From contig CM097882.1 of NCBI GenBank assembly GCA_044892505.1, positions 381,424,001 through 381,488,000 of the forward strand: a stretch of DNA of 64,000 bases, read 5' to 3'. This document shows positions 50,072 to 63,975 of the stretch, piece by piece. The notes under the pieces are model-generated. The model was not told where the DNA came from. It ran no database searches and was given only the letters and a program-made list of their open reading frames with translations. The DNA comes from Schmidtea nova (taxonomy: Eukaryota). Positions within the stretch are counted from its first letter, which is position 1, and each line of letters starts with the position of its first letter. The position numbers were made by a program, and so were the translations under genes.

Positions 50072-53000
50072 TATTAAATTATAATTCTATTAAAATTAAT
50101 AATTTTTGAACAAATATTCCTTTCTAATAACATATTGAAATATTTTTTAAATCCGGGGAAATTTGAAATTTATCTCTGAAATTGCAAAAACAGATAATCT
50201 TTATTTCCCCAGGAAATCCCGGAATAGATAGTATGTATAAATGTGTTTTGTGTTATATTATTAACTTTTTACATAAATTAAATTGAATAAGCAACGTTAA
50301 TAATTATTTTCAACAATTATTATTAGACTAGGATTTTAATGAGCTATAAATCTCAAAGAAATTATGTGTTCATTTATAACTCATAATATAACCAAATTCA
50401 TCTTTCTTACTTTTTGCGTTCTCAAACTAATTTGCTTAGTCAACTGTTTACCTCTTGCCACCATCTTTGCTGCTCGTTTTTCAGCCTCTATTTTACCTTT
50501 GCTACAAATGTTTTATTTATTCTATCGTTTCCCCATTGTTCTCATTAGACTAACAATAAATCCTTTTCTTCTTTTAAAACCGCCCTCTTAACCACGTAAA
50601 AGTTATAATCTAACCTGGAAAGAAAAACCGACTCTCTCACGCGCTGGACTCGTAACGTTCACTATTTGTTCTTCAGTATATGACATTTTTCAAACTTGAT
50701 TTGACAGTTCTGATAATTTCTCATTTCGATTCTAGCTTCCGACAAAACAATTTGCTTTTTCTTGATTCTATTTCAGCCCGATTTAAGGATTTATAACGAG
50801 CAGTAGCAATAACTGCAATTTGCTACCATGGAGCCACCGAAAATACACAACTCAAGTTGTAATTTTTTTGCTTTACCAACATACGGCATTTTCTAAACTG
50901 TAACTTATCTTGATAATTAAGTATCATTGGTATCCGGCATAAAATTGCACTAACTACGAAATATCATAAAATATAGATGAAAGGTTATTTTGATATATTT
51001 CGCAATATGAATATAGTCTAATCAACTTTTAGTGTTTTATAAATTTTAATTGGCTTATTTGTATAATATATAACATCATTTCTTACATTATGGAATTGTT
51101 AGGAAGGAATTAGAACATGAAACTTTTCATTCAGATCTACCTTACTTACAAAGTACACCTGGAACACATTCTAAATTAGACATATGTGACAACCCTAAAC
51201 CATAATGAAAAAATGAATAATTTTATAGTATAGGAAACACACAAACACTTATGCTATGTAATGTTCTTATTGGATGGCCGTTAATATCTATAAAAATAAG
51301 TGAGCCAGAAAACATAATAAATAAAAGCATATAGACATTGGTTATTTATTATTTGATTGCCAGAATTGAAGATATTAATGTGTATTATATTGCATACAGT
51401 TTGACAAATTTAGTGAAATTTTTTCGGGCATGCTAGATTTACGATTATAAGTAAGAGAAACAATTTGAACATTTTCATCATTGTTGATTGCTATTTCTTC
51501 TTCTTCATCAATTACTATTGTTTACGTATGATTTGATTTCGTCATAGCTATCGTCAACTTTTTTCATATAATCGATTTCAGACAATTAATTAGAAAATCT
51601 CCATAATTAATAAAAATATCACTTGACAAGTTTTTATGCAAATTTTCATCAATAAATTATTGACTAGCCCTATTTCCAAAATTATCATCATCAAATAATG
51701 ATTTAGAGTTAAATTTTTCAGGACCAGAAGACATTTATCAGCTTACATTTTTAAAAATAACTCGAGAATTATTCCACAATTTATTTATTTTCAAATTGTA
51801 CAGAAATGTTACAATAATATTAAAATAATTACATTTAAAAACCGATCAAATTTAATTTAATTATTGCCATTTTTGAATATTATCCAACCTCGATTCCTAT
51901 AATAAAAGCGATATGTTTATTCACAACAAAATTCAATTATTTCACAGAAGAAAAATGAGAAAAATTGAATTAGTGAATAAACAAATTAAAAAAGAACTAA
52001 TCAGTAACATCATTTATTATTTTCAATTTCTTATACACATAAAAAGATAGAAAAACTTGATTTATAAAGACATTTCGTATTTTTCTATAGAAAAAGGAAG
52101 CCAAATATTTTGTTAAAAACAGCTTAATAATAGTTTCAATTTCCATTAATAATCTTTCTTCATCTGCCAGGAACTGATTGAAGAGTCACTTTTACTCGTT
52201 TTAAGTTCACTAAATGCTTTACACTTTTACCAAAGTTGATTTTGAATATTTCTAAAGAAATAAAATCCAATGGAGCAATATAGCGGATATATATATTGAT
52301 AATATTTCTCAACTAAATTCTTGCAATTTTTCTAGAGTCTTCAAAGCCTTATTTGGTCTTGAATTATATTGGTGAAATATTGCTCCTTTTATGTTGATAG
52401 AATTTGGCCTCTTTTCGTATAAATCTTCCGTTCATCTGTCGAGTTGCTCACAATATTTATCGTTTTGTCAGCTTTCCGAAGTTCTAGGTAAACAATACCT
52501 TTTCAATCCCACAAAAAACATGATCACTTTGTTTTGGTGCAAATCAGCTTTGTCAACATTTATTCTTTCTCGAACCGCATTATCGTAGACATACTAGTTT
52601 TCATTATCGTTACAATTCGGTTCACACTCAAGACGACTTAATAATGAGGAGCAAGCACTGTATCGGTCTAACAAATTCTTTTCACATAAATTGCGTGGTA
52701 CCCGAAAATCCAGAATACAAATCATGTTTAAAGATTCTAAATGACTGAAGACTGTTGTATGACCAACTTCAAGGTTCGCTGTTAAGCTTTTATCGTTTGC
52801 CGTTAAGATATCGTATTCATATTTCCTATTGTCTTTAGAACGTTGCCATCAATAGCCGATGGTGCACCAGAACGGAATTTTGCACACCAAATTTGACATT
52901 CTTAAATATTTCAAATTAAAACACTTTACATTTATTCTGGAAACAAATACATTTTCTAAATTCATCTAACATTATCGACCGAAATCACGCACTAATATCC

Positions 53001-56000
53001 TCCTTGTCCGCACTATTTAAGGGTAGCATTAATGCTGATAATTACTAGCACAGTTAATGGCTGATCCAAATATGACCAATAAGCAACTTATTCGCTGCGT
53101 ACTTAGAAATGAGTCAAAGTAAGTATAGGAAAATATACCAAGGATTAATGAACAACCTAATAATTTGTTTCGTATTATTTTTTATTTTTTTCTCCTTTTT
53201 TAAGATAAGGAATCCATTTGTATCTCTATTTGAAAAATGCAACAAATATTTGTTAACTCCTGATATGATTCGTCCTGATTTTAAGGATCCAAATGTAAGT
53301 TTTTTTGTTGAATTATTTAATCATTATATCTAAAATGTAAATAAACCAAAAACATAATTCATATCAACCCACAAACTCTTTTTCTGGAAACTATAGTATA
53401 AGTTCCTTATAAATATGTTATAAATAAATAAATGCATTTTTTCCCATTAAATGTTCTAAATTTTTTAAAAAATTGTTAAAAAATGACTGAAATGTTTAAA
53501 AAACGATCTTAAATATTTGGTTTCTTCCAAAAACAAAAGAAGATTTACTCCCAATGTCTGAAAATATGAATTAATTAGAATTATGGAAAAGAATTGAATA
53601 TAAAGCAAGTTTATTGGTCATATAAATTTAAAATATACCGGCATTAATGCAATTTCAATTTAAACGAAACCTGGCCTTGTCGAAGCTCGCTGGGAACTCA
53701 CTAAATTTGCGGGAAATTTATCTAACTTGTTTTTATCCGTTAGAACAAATTTAATTGTTCATGATATACGCCTAAATCATTTCTCGGTTTACAAATATAA
53801 AAAGTGTGGATTTAGGGATACCAACAGCAAAGGAAAGAGTTAGAATCGATCCTTGACAATTCAAATGGAAATATTTAATTTTTGCCAAACTTTCGAAATA
53901 ATGTTTAAGTTTTCTGTATCATTTTTTCTATTTTGAAGCAACACCTACAAAAATTTCCATTCCTAATACTACCCCCCCTCATATCCGATACAACTTTATT
54001 TATTGCACCGTGCTCAAAATTTTCTAATTTTTCAGTTGCAACATCTTTTGCAATATATCATTTCGATCAATATCCGTTATTTACGCCATTTGATGGTTCT
54101 TCTATGCAGTTCAACATAATTTCCATTTCCTTAACTCAGCGGGTTTTTATTTTCCATAAAATTCAATATTTTTCTTTTTGGAAATTTGAGACTTAACTAA
54201 ACGTAATTGTTAGTCCGCAACTATTCGTCATTTCACAATTACAAACTAGACTATTTTGCAGGTAATTAATTTGATTAATTTGTTCAATTTATTTTAAAAT
54301 GTTTACCATATTTTCGGACAGAGGGAGTACAATTTTAGCAAGGTTAATGAATGTAGCTGACGTAGAAGTTGTTATAAATATGAGCGATAATTTTTAGCTT
54401 TAAATTTAATTTTAACAGAACATTCATCTTTATTAATTAGAACTATCAGATTTACTGTTTATAAAACTTGTCTGTCCTCCACTCATTTCGATCGCAAAAT
54501 TTTTTATCTTGTACATGTTTCTATAAAATTAACTGATATTTATTGAATTTTGTATATATTTCTATTATCATTTACACCAGGGGTAGCCAACCCAAATGAT
54601 CTTGTGGGCCTCTTTGGAAAGGCACAATAACTTCGCGGGCCACATAAAATTATATATACCCATATTAGATTTAGATACAATATAAACATTGAAACATAAA
54701 TAGTTATTATTATTACTAATATTTTTTGTTTCTAGTATAAATAAAGTGATACATATGTGTACCAGGAGTAGGAGAAAGGTTAATCAGTTTAAAATAAAAA
54801 TATTATTCTTACATGTAATATTATTCTACATGTTCAGTTATTTTCGTTCACTATTCTTCTTTTCTTTGCAGTCATACTTCATATTACCGACAATACAATA
54901 AAAAACGTTTGTTTATTGATATAATTAGAATGTTTAAATTACGCCGGCCATTATAAAATAAATATAGTTTGTAAAATTGTGATGAAAAATGTTCAAGGCG
55001 GCCCGTGGACCGCGGGTTGATTACCTCTGATTTATATATTTATTATGAACTGTCTTTTACGTGTGGAGTAATTTGTCAAAGTAATTAAAAAGATTATTAC
55101 TTTCGTTATTGTGGTAAATCTAAAAAGTCCTTAGACTCCCATAGAAATTATAAAGTTAGTGAAACCAAATTAATTATTATCAATAAGACAGATATGTAGG
55201 ATTTAGTTCTCGACACAATATCAATAAACACTGATGTACTTTTTCTAACGGTTCACCATTGATTCGAAAGCCACTTTGAAGAAGTTTTTCCACATTTTTC
55301 TTTAAACAATGCTTTTAATCAAATATTTTACCTCTCAAATATTTCTTCGCGTGATTGAACAATTAGATTTTACTAGGTGCAAGATCTGGACTGTACGGTG
55401 GATGGTTCAACTGCACAAATCCTCACTCAGGATAGCTAGTAGTACATTAATAATTGACACTCAGGATAAACTCTTAAGTAGTTAAAGACTCCTTTAACAT
55501 CCAAAATTATACTCAAAATCACTCATTTGTGACGTGAATTTTGGTAGCTTCTTTCCGTGTACTACCTACTCTTTAGATTTTCGTTTAGAATGGGGCGTGT
55601 AAAGCTAAAAGGTGTCTCATCATCTGTCACGATATTTGGTAGAAAGTTTCGTCCAATGCAATCCGATAAGAAAAGGCTATTTTCATAAGCAACCATCTCT
55701 GTCGTTATATACCGTACAAAAAACCTGCTAAACAATTTCCTGATTTCCAATTGATCCACCATAAGCTATTGTATTGTTCTCTTGCAAACATTTAGTTATA
55801 CAGATAACTCCGTTTGTGTAATTTTCCTATTCTTAGACACAATTTTCTTCAATTTTTAGTGTTTCCTCCAATCTTATTTGACTGCCAGAAGCACTTGTTT
55901 TGTCAGAAGAAAACTCCCCAATTCACAAACACACACATATATATATATATATATATCTTGCTGTTCACGATACTTCACGATACTGTTCCATATACTTCTT

Positions 56001-59000
56001 CAGTCTGTTGAATACTTTTTTTCTTTTCTACTTTAAGTAAAAATTCCAATTCATGAAACATTTCTTTTAAGCATTACCGAAACAAACTTTATATTTATAA
56101 CCTTTTAACGTGTCTTATTTCAAAAACACAATAACTTTGTTTTTTTATGCTAGCCTAAAGACTTTTTTGACTTACCACGTATTTGCTAATATTATGTAAT
56201 ATTTCATTTATCTTTTTAATGCTTTATAGTTTATTAACAATTACAAATATTTTACTAATTTATTCTAAATTGGAAAAATTATGCATTTTTTATAGAGACA
56301 AGTCATTTTTCAGATTTTATTAGAATAAAAATGTCATGCACAATAAATTTTATAGATATTGTAAAAGTTTAAATTATTTACGACGGTTAATTACACAATA
56401 ATTATGAGTTGTAAACTTATTTTTCTGTAACATTGCATAGCTATTATTACTTAATTATTCAACATGGAAAATTTAAAATTAAACAATTTTCATTTTTATA
56501 GATTGAATTAATTTTTTTAATTATTAAAAAAAGGATACGAATTTTCGACACAGACGCTTCTCAAGCGTGCAAACACACTTAGTCTTTATAAAAAAAATGA
56601 AAATTTCTAAAATGAAAACGATAAGATCAAAGATTAAATAAGATATGCTTATTTAAAACTTAATGTTTTCATTACAATAGTGTTTGAAAATATTAGTACG
56701 TGGTGTGCCAAATAAGTCATATGCCTAACAAAGAAAAACAAGTGCAATGTCCAAAATTTTATTTTTTATTAAAAATACAATATAAATAGCGGATCTAGTA
56801 TTTTTTTCTCCCATAGTCTTAAAAAGGTGTGAAATTTTCCCATATATTGAAATGACGAAATGATGATAAGGGACATTGAAAATTAGGTAACAGAGTTTTT
56901 ATTATTAGAAATATGTTCAAATAATGAGCTTTTGCACATAGAAACCATCACAGAATAGGTTCTGCTACTAGGGTTCTTGTATTTTTTCCCCATAGTCTTA
57001 TAAAGGTGTGAAATTTTCCCATATATTGAAATGATGATAAGGGACATTGAAAATTAGGTAACAGTATATTTATGATGTTCAAGTAATGAGCTTTTGCACA
57101 TAAAAACCATCACAGAATAGGCTCTGCTACTAGGGTTCTGCTCGCAATGTTCTGCTAGCAATGTTCTGTCACTATGATAAATACATGAAAAGTTATTATA
57201 CTATTTAGATAATCACACACGGGAATAAATATACATACATATTAAAATTTTTGCATTAATTATTTGCATTAATTTTAATATGGTATTTAATTTTCCCATA
57301 TACCAGTACCTAAATAGCTTATTATTTTTCAATTTAATTTCCTTTAGCCTCGATACGTTTTTCCCAGTGAACTGTTAACTAAAAAAAAGGCTTTTTCAAA
57401 GAAATCGGCTGTTTTATCGGCAAAGAAAAAAGTCACTACCTCTTTCAAATTCTCTTTCGTTCCAAACTGCCTACCCCTCAGACTTCTTTTGAGATGGTTG
57501 AAGAGGTAGAAATCTGACGGGGCCAAATCTGGACCGTACGGAGGACGTTGCATTACTTTAAACCCACACTCCTGAATTACTGCTGTTGAAAGTGCACTAG
57601 TGTGCATTGGTGCATTGTCGTGCAAATAATGCAAATCACACTCTGCTCTTTCTTCTTAACTTCCTTACTTGTACAAGATCTGAATAATACTCACTGATGA
57701 TTCGAACAGAGGCATCTGCAAAATCATTGAGTATGACCCCTTTTTAAATCCCGGAATGTTGTCAGCATGAGATCTTTCTTATGGCACGTCGATGACCTCA
57801 TCTTCTTAGTTCTAGTTTCTCCAGGTAATTTCCACTCCTCTGACTCACATTTTCAATCATGTACATAAAGTGCAAATGGAGTTTCATCCATTGTTACAAT
57901 ATTAGACAATAAAATCGTTCCAACTCGATTAAAAAGGTCAATGTTCTCCTGAGAGCAATACAAACGTCTACTTTTCATTTCTGCTGGTAAGAATCGTGGC
58001 ACGAAACGAGAACACAACTTTCGTATGCCACATTCATTTAGTAAAGTAGTAATAGTACCTTTGCTAACATTTAACCGTGTCGTCATTTCTCTGGTAGTTA
58101 TTCTGCGTTCATTATGCAATATTTCTTTCAGCTTTTGAGTTATTTCCGAGCTGATTTCAGAAGACCTTCCAGATCTTTCATCATCCATTACAGACGTCCT
58201 ACCTCTTTGGAATTCATTATACCAACGTTTTATTGTAGCTATGGATGGACAGTCTTCAAAATACACATCTTTCATTTCGTTGAATATATCTTCTCTACTT
58301 TTTCCTTGGAGGAATAAAATCCTAATTCCGCGCGGATATTGTACAATTTCTAGGGACATTTTCGAAATATTACAATTTAAATCTAAAAAAATTTAAGTAA
58401 AATAAAAACAAACATTATTTAAGAAACCCATCCATTGCGTAGTTTGTAAATTCAAAAATTTGTAGAGTTTAAAGTTGTTTTTCTTTGTTAGGCTCATGAC
58501 TTATTGGGCACACCACGTAGGTACCTTTTTCCACGAGCTTGTCATTTATACCAAATCTTGTATTACAGAAGTAGAATCTTTTCAGAGAATAGAATAATAC
58601 ATTTAATACTGTCCATCTCATACTATACATGCACGTAACCTCACAGAGCTTCGAAACAGTGATGTTTGTTCTTTCTTCCATTTCTTCTTTCATTATAGAG
58701 ACTGTTCTAATTGTATGCTTAATTTCTCATTTATTAATTACTTTATTTTTCATAATATATTTTCACTTCCGTCACTCATTGTTCCCTTGTTAGTCTGTGT
58801 GTTGTTTTCATACAAGAAATCTGGAACACAAATGTTCAAGTCAACACTTTTATCTGTTATAATTAAAATTTTATTTATTTTCTTTAAGATTTGGTATAAA
58901 TTACAATCTCATGAAAAGGCGTTAAATACAACATACACCTATACCTCGTTATACAGACTAGTTAGGTTCTTTAAAAATTAACCGAAAACCGAAATATCGA

Positions 59001-59790
59001 ATAACTAAGCAATCCAAAAAATAGTTCCAAAAAATTTTAACCAACACTGCCTTTTTGTATTAAATTAAAAATTATTTTCTGGTCAACTTTCGCTGCGATA
59101 TCCGATAATGCATTAAATTACATTTCAGACTGTAAATGACTCGGTTGATAATATAAAATCAAATAATGTAAACATGATGAAAGGGGATGAGATATCAGTT
59201 AATCTCAATTCCAATGCCACTTGGGGTGATACATATAATTCTGCAGACAAAGAAGCTAAAGAAAATCCTGCATGGATCAGTTCAAATGTTGCAAATAACT
59301 TTATTTCCAATATTAACCAACCAGAAAATAATTTAGATAAAAACTCATCTGTTCAAGGTTGTTAAATAGTTTTTACTGAAATTGAATAAATTAAATTTCC
59401 ACCAGATGATAATATTACATTGACTATGGCTCCTGGTCGGGTTCCCGGAGCCGTAACAACGGTTAATTCTTCGATGCCTGTCGCAGATATTATGAGTGTC
59501 CTTTTAGCCAATGAATATTGTGTAGAAAATTCGATAAAGTTCTATGAAAATTTAAGTAATTAAGTTTATAAAAGAAAATGTTTATAAAAGAAAATCATTT
59601 AGAAAAAGATCTCCACTATAAACCTGTGCAATCTAATTTCTCTAAAGTATCTGTCAACGGTAACAGTTATGATATCTGGAATGTTACAGAGGAAATGTTT
59701 GAACGCATGACCAAAGAAGAAATCATCCAATTTAAATCATTAGGGCGACGCATTCATGATTATTGCTACGATTCGATGTATATTTGTTAA
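36581..59790 (+). CDS. GTF2E1: General transcription factor IIE subunit alpha. Exons 36581-36682, 36737-36916, 36982-37239, 53205-53294, 59129-59357, 59406-59521, 59575-59790
   Basis: Winged helix (LNKLRKDKLV..YFFINFK), zinc ribbon (CTEC..C..C), ARFN, then IRNPFVSLF..., KEAKENPAWI, DIMSVLLANE and the C-terminal VSVNG..MTKEE motif, all in TFIIE-alpha order. All junctions are GT-AG and phase-consistent. The last junction is the least certain. Confidence 0.82.
39955..41652 (-). mobile_element. piggyBac transposase remnant
   Basis: LNFNDN..DKL, QYMPQKP, KWYTRL..INIWLLY and Cys-rich tail CEKC..FC..FH; end ...GGG|TTAA at 41652; many stops. Confidence 0.8.
42205..43605. repeat. Satellite of 10-bp monomers (aaatatgctc, aactacactc, acctatactc, aactgcactc) in 30/40-bp higher-order units
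   Basis: Exact decamer periodicity from about 42800 to 43570; more degenerate on the left. Confidence 0.95.
44876..48371 (-). mobile_element. hAT transposon (degenerate) with a captured host-gene fragment
   Basis: Zinc-finger ORF (AFCDIC..DLEQHIQSAKH), ARTKTEAIV, GCPLHILNNC and PAHNANV.RVFS..W..ERNRL dimerisation motif. Ends CAGGGATACCA / TAGCGTTACCA-like. Flanks AATGTACA/AATGCACC (6/8). Confidence 0.8.
46253..46816 (-). pseudogene. Intronless fragment of CDP-diacylglycerol synthase (phosphatidate cytidylyltransferase, CDS1/CDS2-like)
   Basis: YQFISF..FALVLVKKHYLQQFTLFGWTHVTLLII..LINGIMWF..VSMNLCNDIMVYMIGFFFGSSPPVKVS matches the conserved CDS segment LVKKHY..F..FGWTHVTLLI..CND..AY.FGFFFG.TP..KLS. 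It breaks off before KKTWEG. Confidence 0.85.
49032..49753 (-). mobile_element. Gypsy 5' end: LTR (49522-49753), PBS (49512-49521) and truncated gag (49032-49490)
   Basis: TGTAA...TTACA LTR with TATAAA and AATAAA, followed directly by TGGCGACCAC and a gag-like ORF (DDLEEFIEKIESYF..RAYL). Confidence 0.75.
52090..52930 (-). mobile_element. Highly degenerate mariner transposase remnant
   Basis: KADLHQNKVIM..KGIVY.EL..TIN followed by a decayed catalytic and C-terminal region. Confidence 0.55.
54578..55029. mobile_element. hAT (Charlie/Buster-type) MITE
   Basis: CAGGGGTAGCCAAC ... GTTGATTACCTCTG; flanks ATTTACAC/ATTTATAT with central TA; GC-rich subterminal gcgggcc/ggcccg motifs. Confidence 0.7.
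55270..55800 (-). mobile_element. mariner remnant
   Basis: RKLFSRF, NIVTDDETPF and HPPYSPDLAP motifs. Confidence 0.75.
56699..58517 (-). mobile_element. mariner (DD34D) element with both TIRs and a disrupted transposase
   Basis: About 45-bp TIRs (TA|CGTGGTGTGCC.AATAAGTCAT..GCCTAACAAAGAAAAACAA), HTH ORF, IVTMDET, HDNAP-34aa-SDFYLF. Internal about 180-bp tandem duplication at 56800-57140. Confidence 0.9.
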
Positions 59791-59865
59791 TAAAATTCAA
59801 GAGTTATTTTTTGATATAATTATTTTAATAATCTTTCCAATAAACGGAAATCAAAACGATAAAAT

Positions 59866-60270
59866 TGTTGGGTATTTATCAATTAGTCGGTGCTGTTTGT
59901 CTGACTTATTGGTGTTCTTATAGAATTGATTCAAGAAACCAAACGCAGTAAATTTTATTCGAATATATGAAAACTTTACAACACTTATTCAATGCCATAT
60001 TTATGACAATTTTCTTTACATAATTTCAACTTGCCTATGATACTTTTCCGATTAAAGCGCATTGATAAGTCCCCCAAAGGGAAATCTCTCTTTCTGGTAC
60101 GCAACATAGAATAAATTTGATTTGAATCTAACTTTTCCCTTGTCCTACAGCTTATTTTTATTTGAACACTCTGGCGCACTTTGAAATTTGTCGCTCCTTT
60201 TTATACTATTCGTTCTAATTGAATCCTCCTATCTGATTTAGGTATTTTGTTTGTGCCTCTCACAGTTTTC
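59866..60270 (-). mobile_element. Gypsy-like integrase tail plus 241-bp LTR (59866-60106)
   Basis: TGTTG...CAACA termini; FKVRQSVQIK..EKLD resembles an integrase C-terminus; paralog at 27788-28220. Confidence 0.55.
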
Positions 60271-60399
60271 TCACAATTTTATCCAAGTTTCGAATTATCC
60301 GATAACGATTTGATATTCATATTAGCAGTGATATTCAAAGGCTCTCTTATATAAAATTTATTACTTAAACATTTCTGGTATCGTCAGTTGACGCTGTCG

Positions 60400-62229
60400 A
60401 TCCACTTGCAAATTCATTACAAAATTCTTCACGCGATGCTTTGGATGATTAGATAGACAGGTTATCATCAACGTCTTCACAATCACTCTCATCGACGACA
60501 TTAGCTCCTTTCTTCTTGTGTACGACCTCTGCTGCTTTTTCTTCCGTTAATATGCCAGAGATAGTTACATCATTATCAACTGCGTTGTAACTGACCCATG
60601 TGTCATTGCTTTTGACGAGCCCCAGTTGAAGTCAGTCACATATGTTCCTGTACTCATTAGGAATATAGAATTTCTATTATTTATTCAGCCTACCTGGTAC
60701 TCTTCCTGAGTGGTTCTTCAATGTTCTCTTCAGTGGTTAAGAGCATGTCATCTGAAATTTTGAATCCGCAGTGCTTAAAGCAATTTGCAATGGTAATCTG
60801 CTTTACAGAATTCCAAACATATCTCGTTGTGTGCAAAGCTTCCAAAAGGTTCACTCGAAATTCCTTGCCATCTTCAAGATCTGTGAGAAGAAGAGAGAGT
60901 AATCGAGAGTGGTAGTGCATTTTCAAGTTTTGAATAAAGCCTTGATCCATTGGCTGCGTTTTGCTCATCGTATTGGGAAAACTAGTTTTAAGGCTTATTT
61001 GTAAGAATGTATAAAATGTAAGGATTTATAAAATGATGCTTACCGTGGGTCCCTATACATCAGGATGAGCTGCACAACTATCCACAATAAAGGCCACGTT
61101 TCTCTTTTGTTTTGCAAATTTTCTCTCACATTTTTTGAGCTTTCCTCGAATAATGGGGCTGTCATCCATACTTTTTTATTAAAAACGTATTCAACGGTAA
61201 CGACTTGATATTCTTAAAGCATCGTTGTTGTATTTAGCGTCCGATTACAAGGAGAGGAAGTTTCTCAGCCAGTCATGTTGGCAGCAATTATGATTGTGAC
61301 ACGTTGCTTTCCTTTCTTACCTCCTTGAAACCCATTGTTTTGTCGGGTAAGAGTTCAAAAAGCAAACCAGCCTCGTCAACATTAAATATATCATCGGCTT
61401 TGTATCTGTTAAGCAGTTCCGGGAGAAGGGAATTTTGCCAAGATAACATTTCCGAATGTTATTCCATGTCTCACTTTGAAACGATCCAGCCATCCATTAC
61501 TACACTGAAAATATGGAAACCCCATGATACCAGCGAGCTGAACCGCCTTTTTTCATAAGGGGACCAGAAATAGGGACATATTGGCCAAGAACTTTAGTAA
61601 AACATTGCAGCAAGGCCTCCTCCAAGTCTTATAACTTTATAGTTCGGTTTCTTTTACGATCTGGATTTAAGAACCTTCCATCTAGAAAGCATGCTCAGAG
61701 GGACTCAAAACTGGTGTGCGATATCAGACATCTTCCCATCATCTAACTCACGCAGTGCTTTAAGCTTTGCCTCTACGTCTTGTGTTTTACTTCGCCATGA
61801 TGAAATTATGAAGTGTGCGATTATCACATTCACACCAATATATAGGCAGCGTGCTAGCTTTGCACGACGAGTCATCCATTTACTAAAATAATTTCAATTG
61901 ACATGCATGTTTATAATGTTAATAATAACCTTTATTACATAACCCATTTAATGACTGTGACCTTTCAGAAAATGCAGAAAAACTCATCCTTTTAAAATTA
62001 AATTTGCATTTGTTTGATTCATGAACTTTCTTATTTAGAATTAAAAATGCAAATATGTACATGGAACTGACTGAAACTGTTCGTATTAACAGAGTTTTCG
62101 AATTATCCGATTACGATTTATCTAAGTCTCTTGCCATTATAAAATCCCAGAAACGGTTGGTACTTAAATATTTTTTCGAATTAACAGAGTTTTCGAATTA
62201 ACCGAGTTCGAATTAACGAGGTTCTAGTG
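60400..62229 (-). mobile_element. pogo/Tigger (CENP-B-like) transposon remnant
   Basis: CENP-B HTH (LEEALLQ..SNGWLDRFK), DIFNVDEAGL, QPMDQGFIQNLK, TIANCFKHCGF. Terminus CACTAGAACCTCGTTAATTCG flanked by TA, with repeated TTAATTCGAA subterminal boxes. Confidence 0.85.
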
Positions 62230-62809
62230 TATACAAAAAATAAGATGTTCACCTTGAAAATTAAAGGATTATTTTTTTAAACTTTTGTATGTTCCCTCTG
62301 CAAACTGTTTCTACTTGCTATTACCTGAGCTCGGTTATGTAAAATTGTATACTCGAAATTGTATTTCAATATTAACTACTGAATTTGCAATTCTTCTTAG
62401 TAAATAATTTTTGGGTGGTTTGACTGAAAAATCAGTCAGTTTATATACTAAATTTTAAAGTACTTAATTTACCAATAATGATTGTTATTTTGCTTCTTGA
62501 GTTGATTGAAATTTTTTTTTGAAAATAGAGTTGTTTTCAAAACAGAATTGTTTTCAAAATAGAATTATTTTTTAACATTGGAATATTATTTCATTTTGCT
62601 GATCTTTGTATGTCATAAATATAATTTATTTAAACAAACAGTAATTTATTTATTTTTAATTTATAATAAACAATCTATATTATTTATTTATTTTATTATT
62701 ATAATTTATTAAATAAAAATATTAAAATATAAATAAAATTATAATCCATTTTCTGAAGATGTTTTGTAAAATAATTTCGTGAAGATGTTTTGTAAAATAA
62801 TTGTAATTT

Positions 62810-63975
62810 ACTTCATTTATTTTGATGGATAATTGTTGTTTGCCATAAGTTTTTATGTTGCTGCCATTCGCTGCGCAAACTTTGCAATTTTCTTCTATTA
62901 GTATTTGAATAAATACCTTTGTAGTAAGTTAACTATTGAACCTGTGTCAACAAGGAATTTTGTAATTTTGCTTTGCACTTAATGTTTCCAGTCAGTGCTG
63001 TCATTGCCGACTTTAGTTGTTTTCCGAATTCTTGTTGTAGAAAAAACAAGGTGCTTTGTATTCGAAAGCCTTGTCTCCGAATCTGTTGTCATAGTAACAC
63101 CAGTTTTGTTGTTTGAATTGTGTGTATTGCTGGAGTGGTTGTTAAAGTTTGGTCTATATTCTGTGTATTTGTTTTGGTAATTTTGTTTGTATTGGTTTTA
63201 TCCTTGCTTCTATCGTTTGTGCTTCTTGTAGATTATTTTGAAGTGTCTTGTTCTTTGTTATAAGTTTGTCTACCTTTTTTATTTAAGAGTTAAATAGTTT
63301 GTTAGTTTCATAGTTAGTATTTTTGTTGTTGTTGACAGCTGTCTTGTTTGGTTTCCCACGGGTTTTATTTTCTGTATGTTTTGCAGATTGTTGGGTATAT
63401 TTCGTCATTTATTTTGTCAGCTATTTCGGCAATCGTGTCAAGATCTATGTAGTTGTTTGCGACCAAAATGTGTCCGATTTCCGGTGGTATTGCCCTCATA
63501 AACAACTCTTTTATGAATTTGTTTGAACCAGAGCTTGTTAATTTGGGTTGTATGTAGTCCAGCTTGGTTTCCAGGTTCCTTAAAAATTCGCTGGGTCTGT
63601 CGTTTCTTAATTGTATATCTTTTAGGCAGGATTTTAGTACTTCTCTTCTATTTACTTTATTTCTATTTATTAGGGTTGTGTAAAGTAAATTGAAAGTAAT
63701 TGAAAAGTAAATTATATTTCGTTTATCCTATCGGCTATTTCGTTAAGGATGTTGCTGGATAGAGCGGCAATTATGTGAGAACACAATGTTTTCGTTGATT
63801 TAACTCCGGAGAGGGTAAGAGTAAAATTTTCAAAGTCTAACCCTTTTTTGAGGTGTGCCGTTTTGATCTGTAAAATAAATTGGGATGTTTGGTTTTGGAT
63901 TAATTATTGAATGTATAGTTTGTGGATGTTTTGGGGGTGTGGTAGTAATTACTGTTTGGTTCATTAGATGCCATT
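62810..63975 (-). mobile_element. Gypsy gag-protease pseudogene
   Basis: Gag HIIAAL..L.EIAD, RPSEFLR, ELFMRAIP..IL, IAEIADKI; protease FLVDTGS and AANGSNIKTYG; stops present. Confidence 0.8.

Noticed and set aside
56534-56572. TTGAGAA..TGTGTC-GAAA relative of the U3:A8 hammerhead (minus strand)
   Set aside because: Stem II does not pair; at most a decayed relic.
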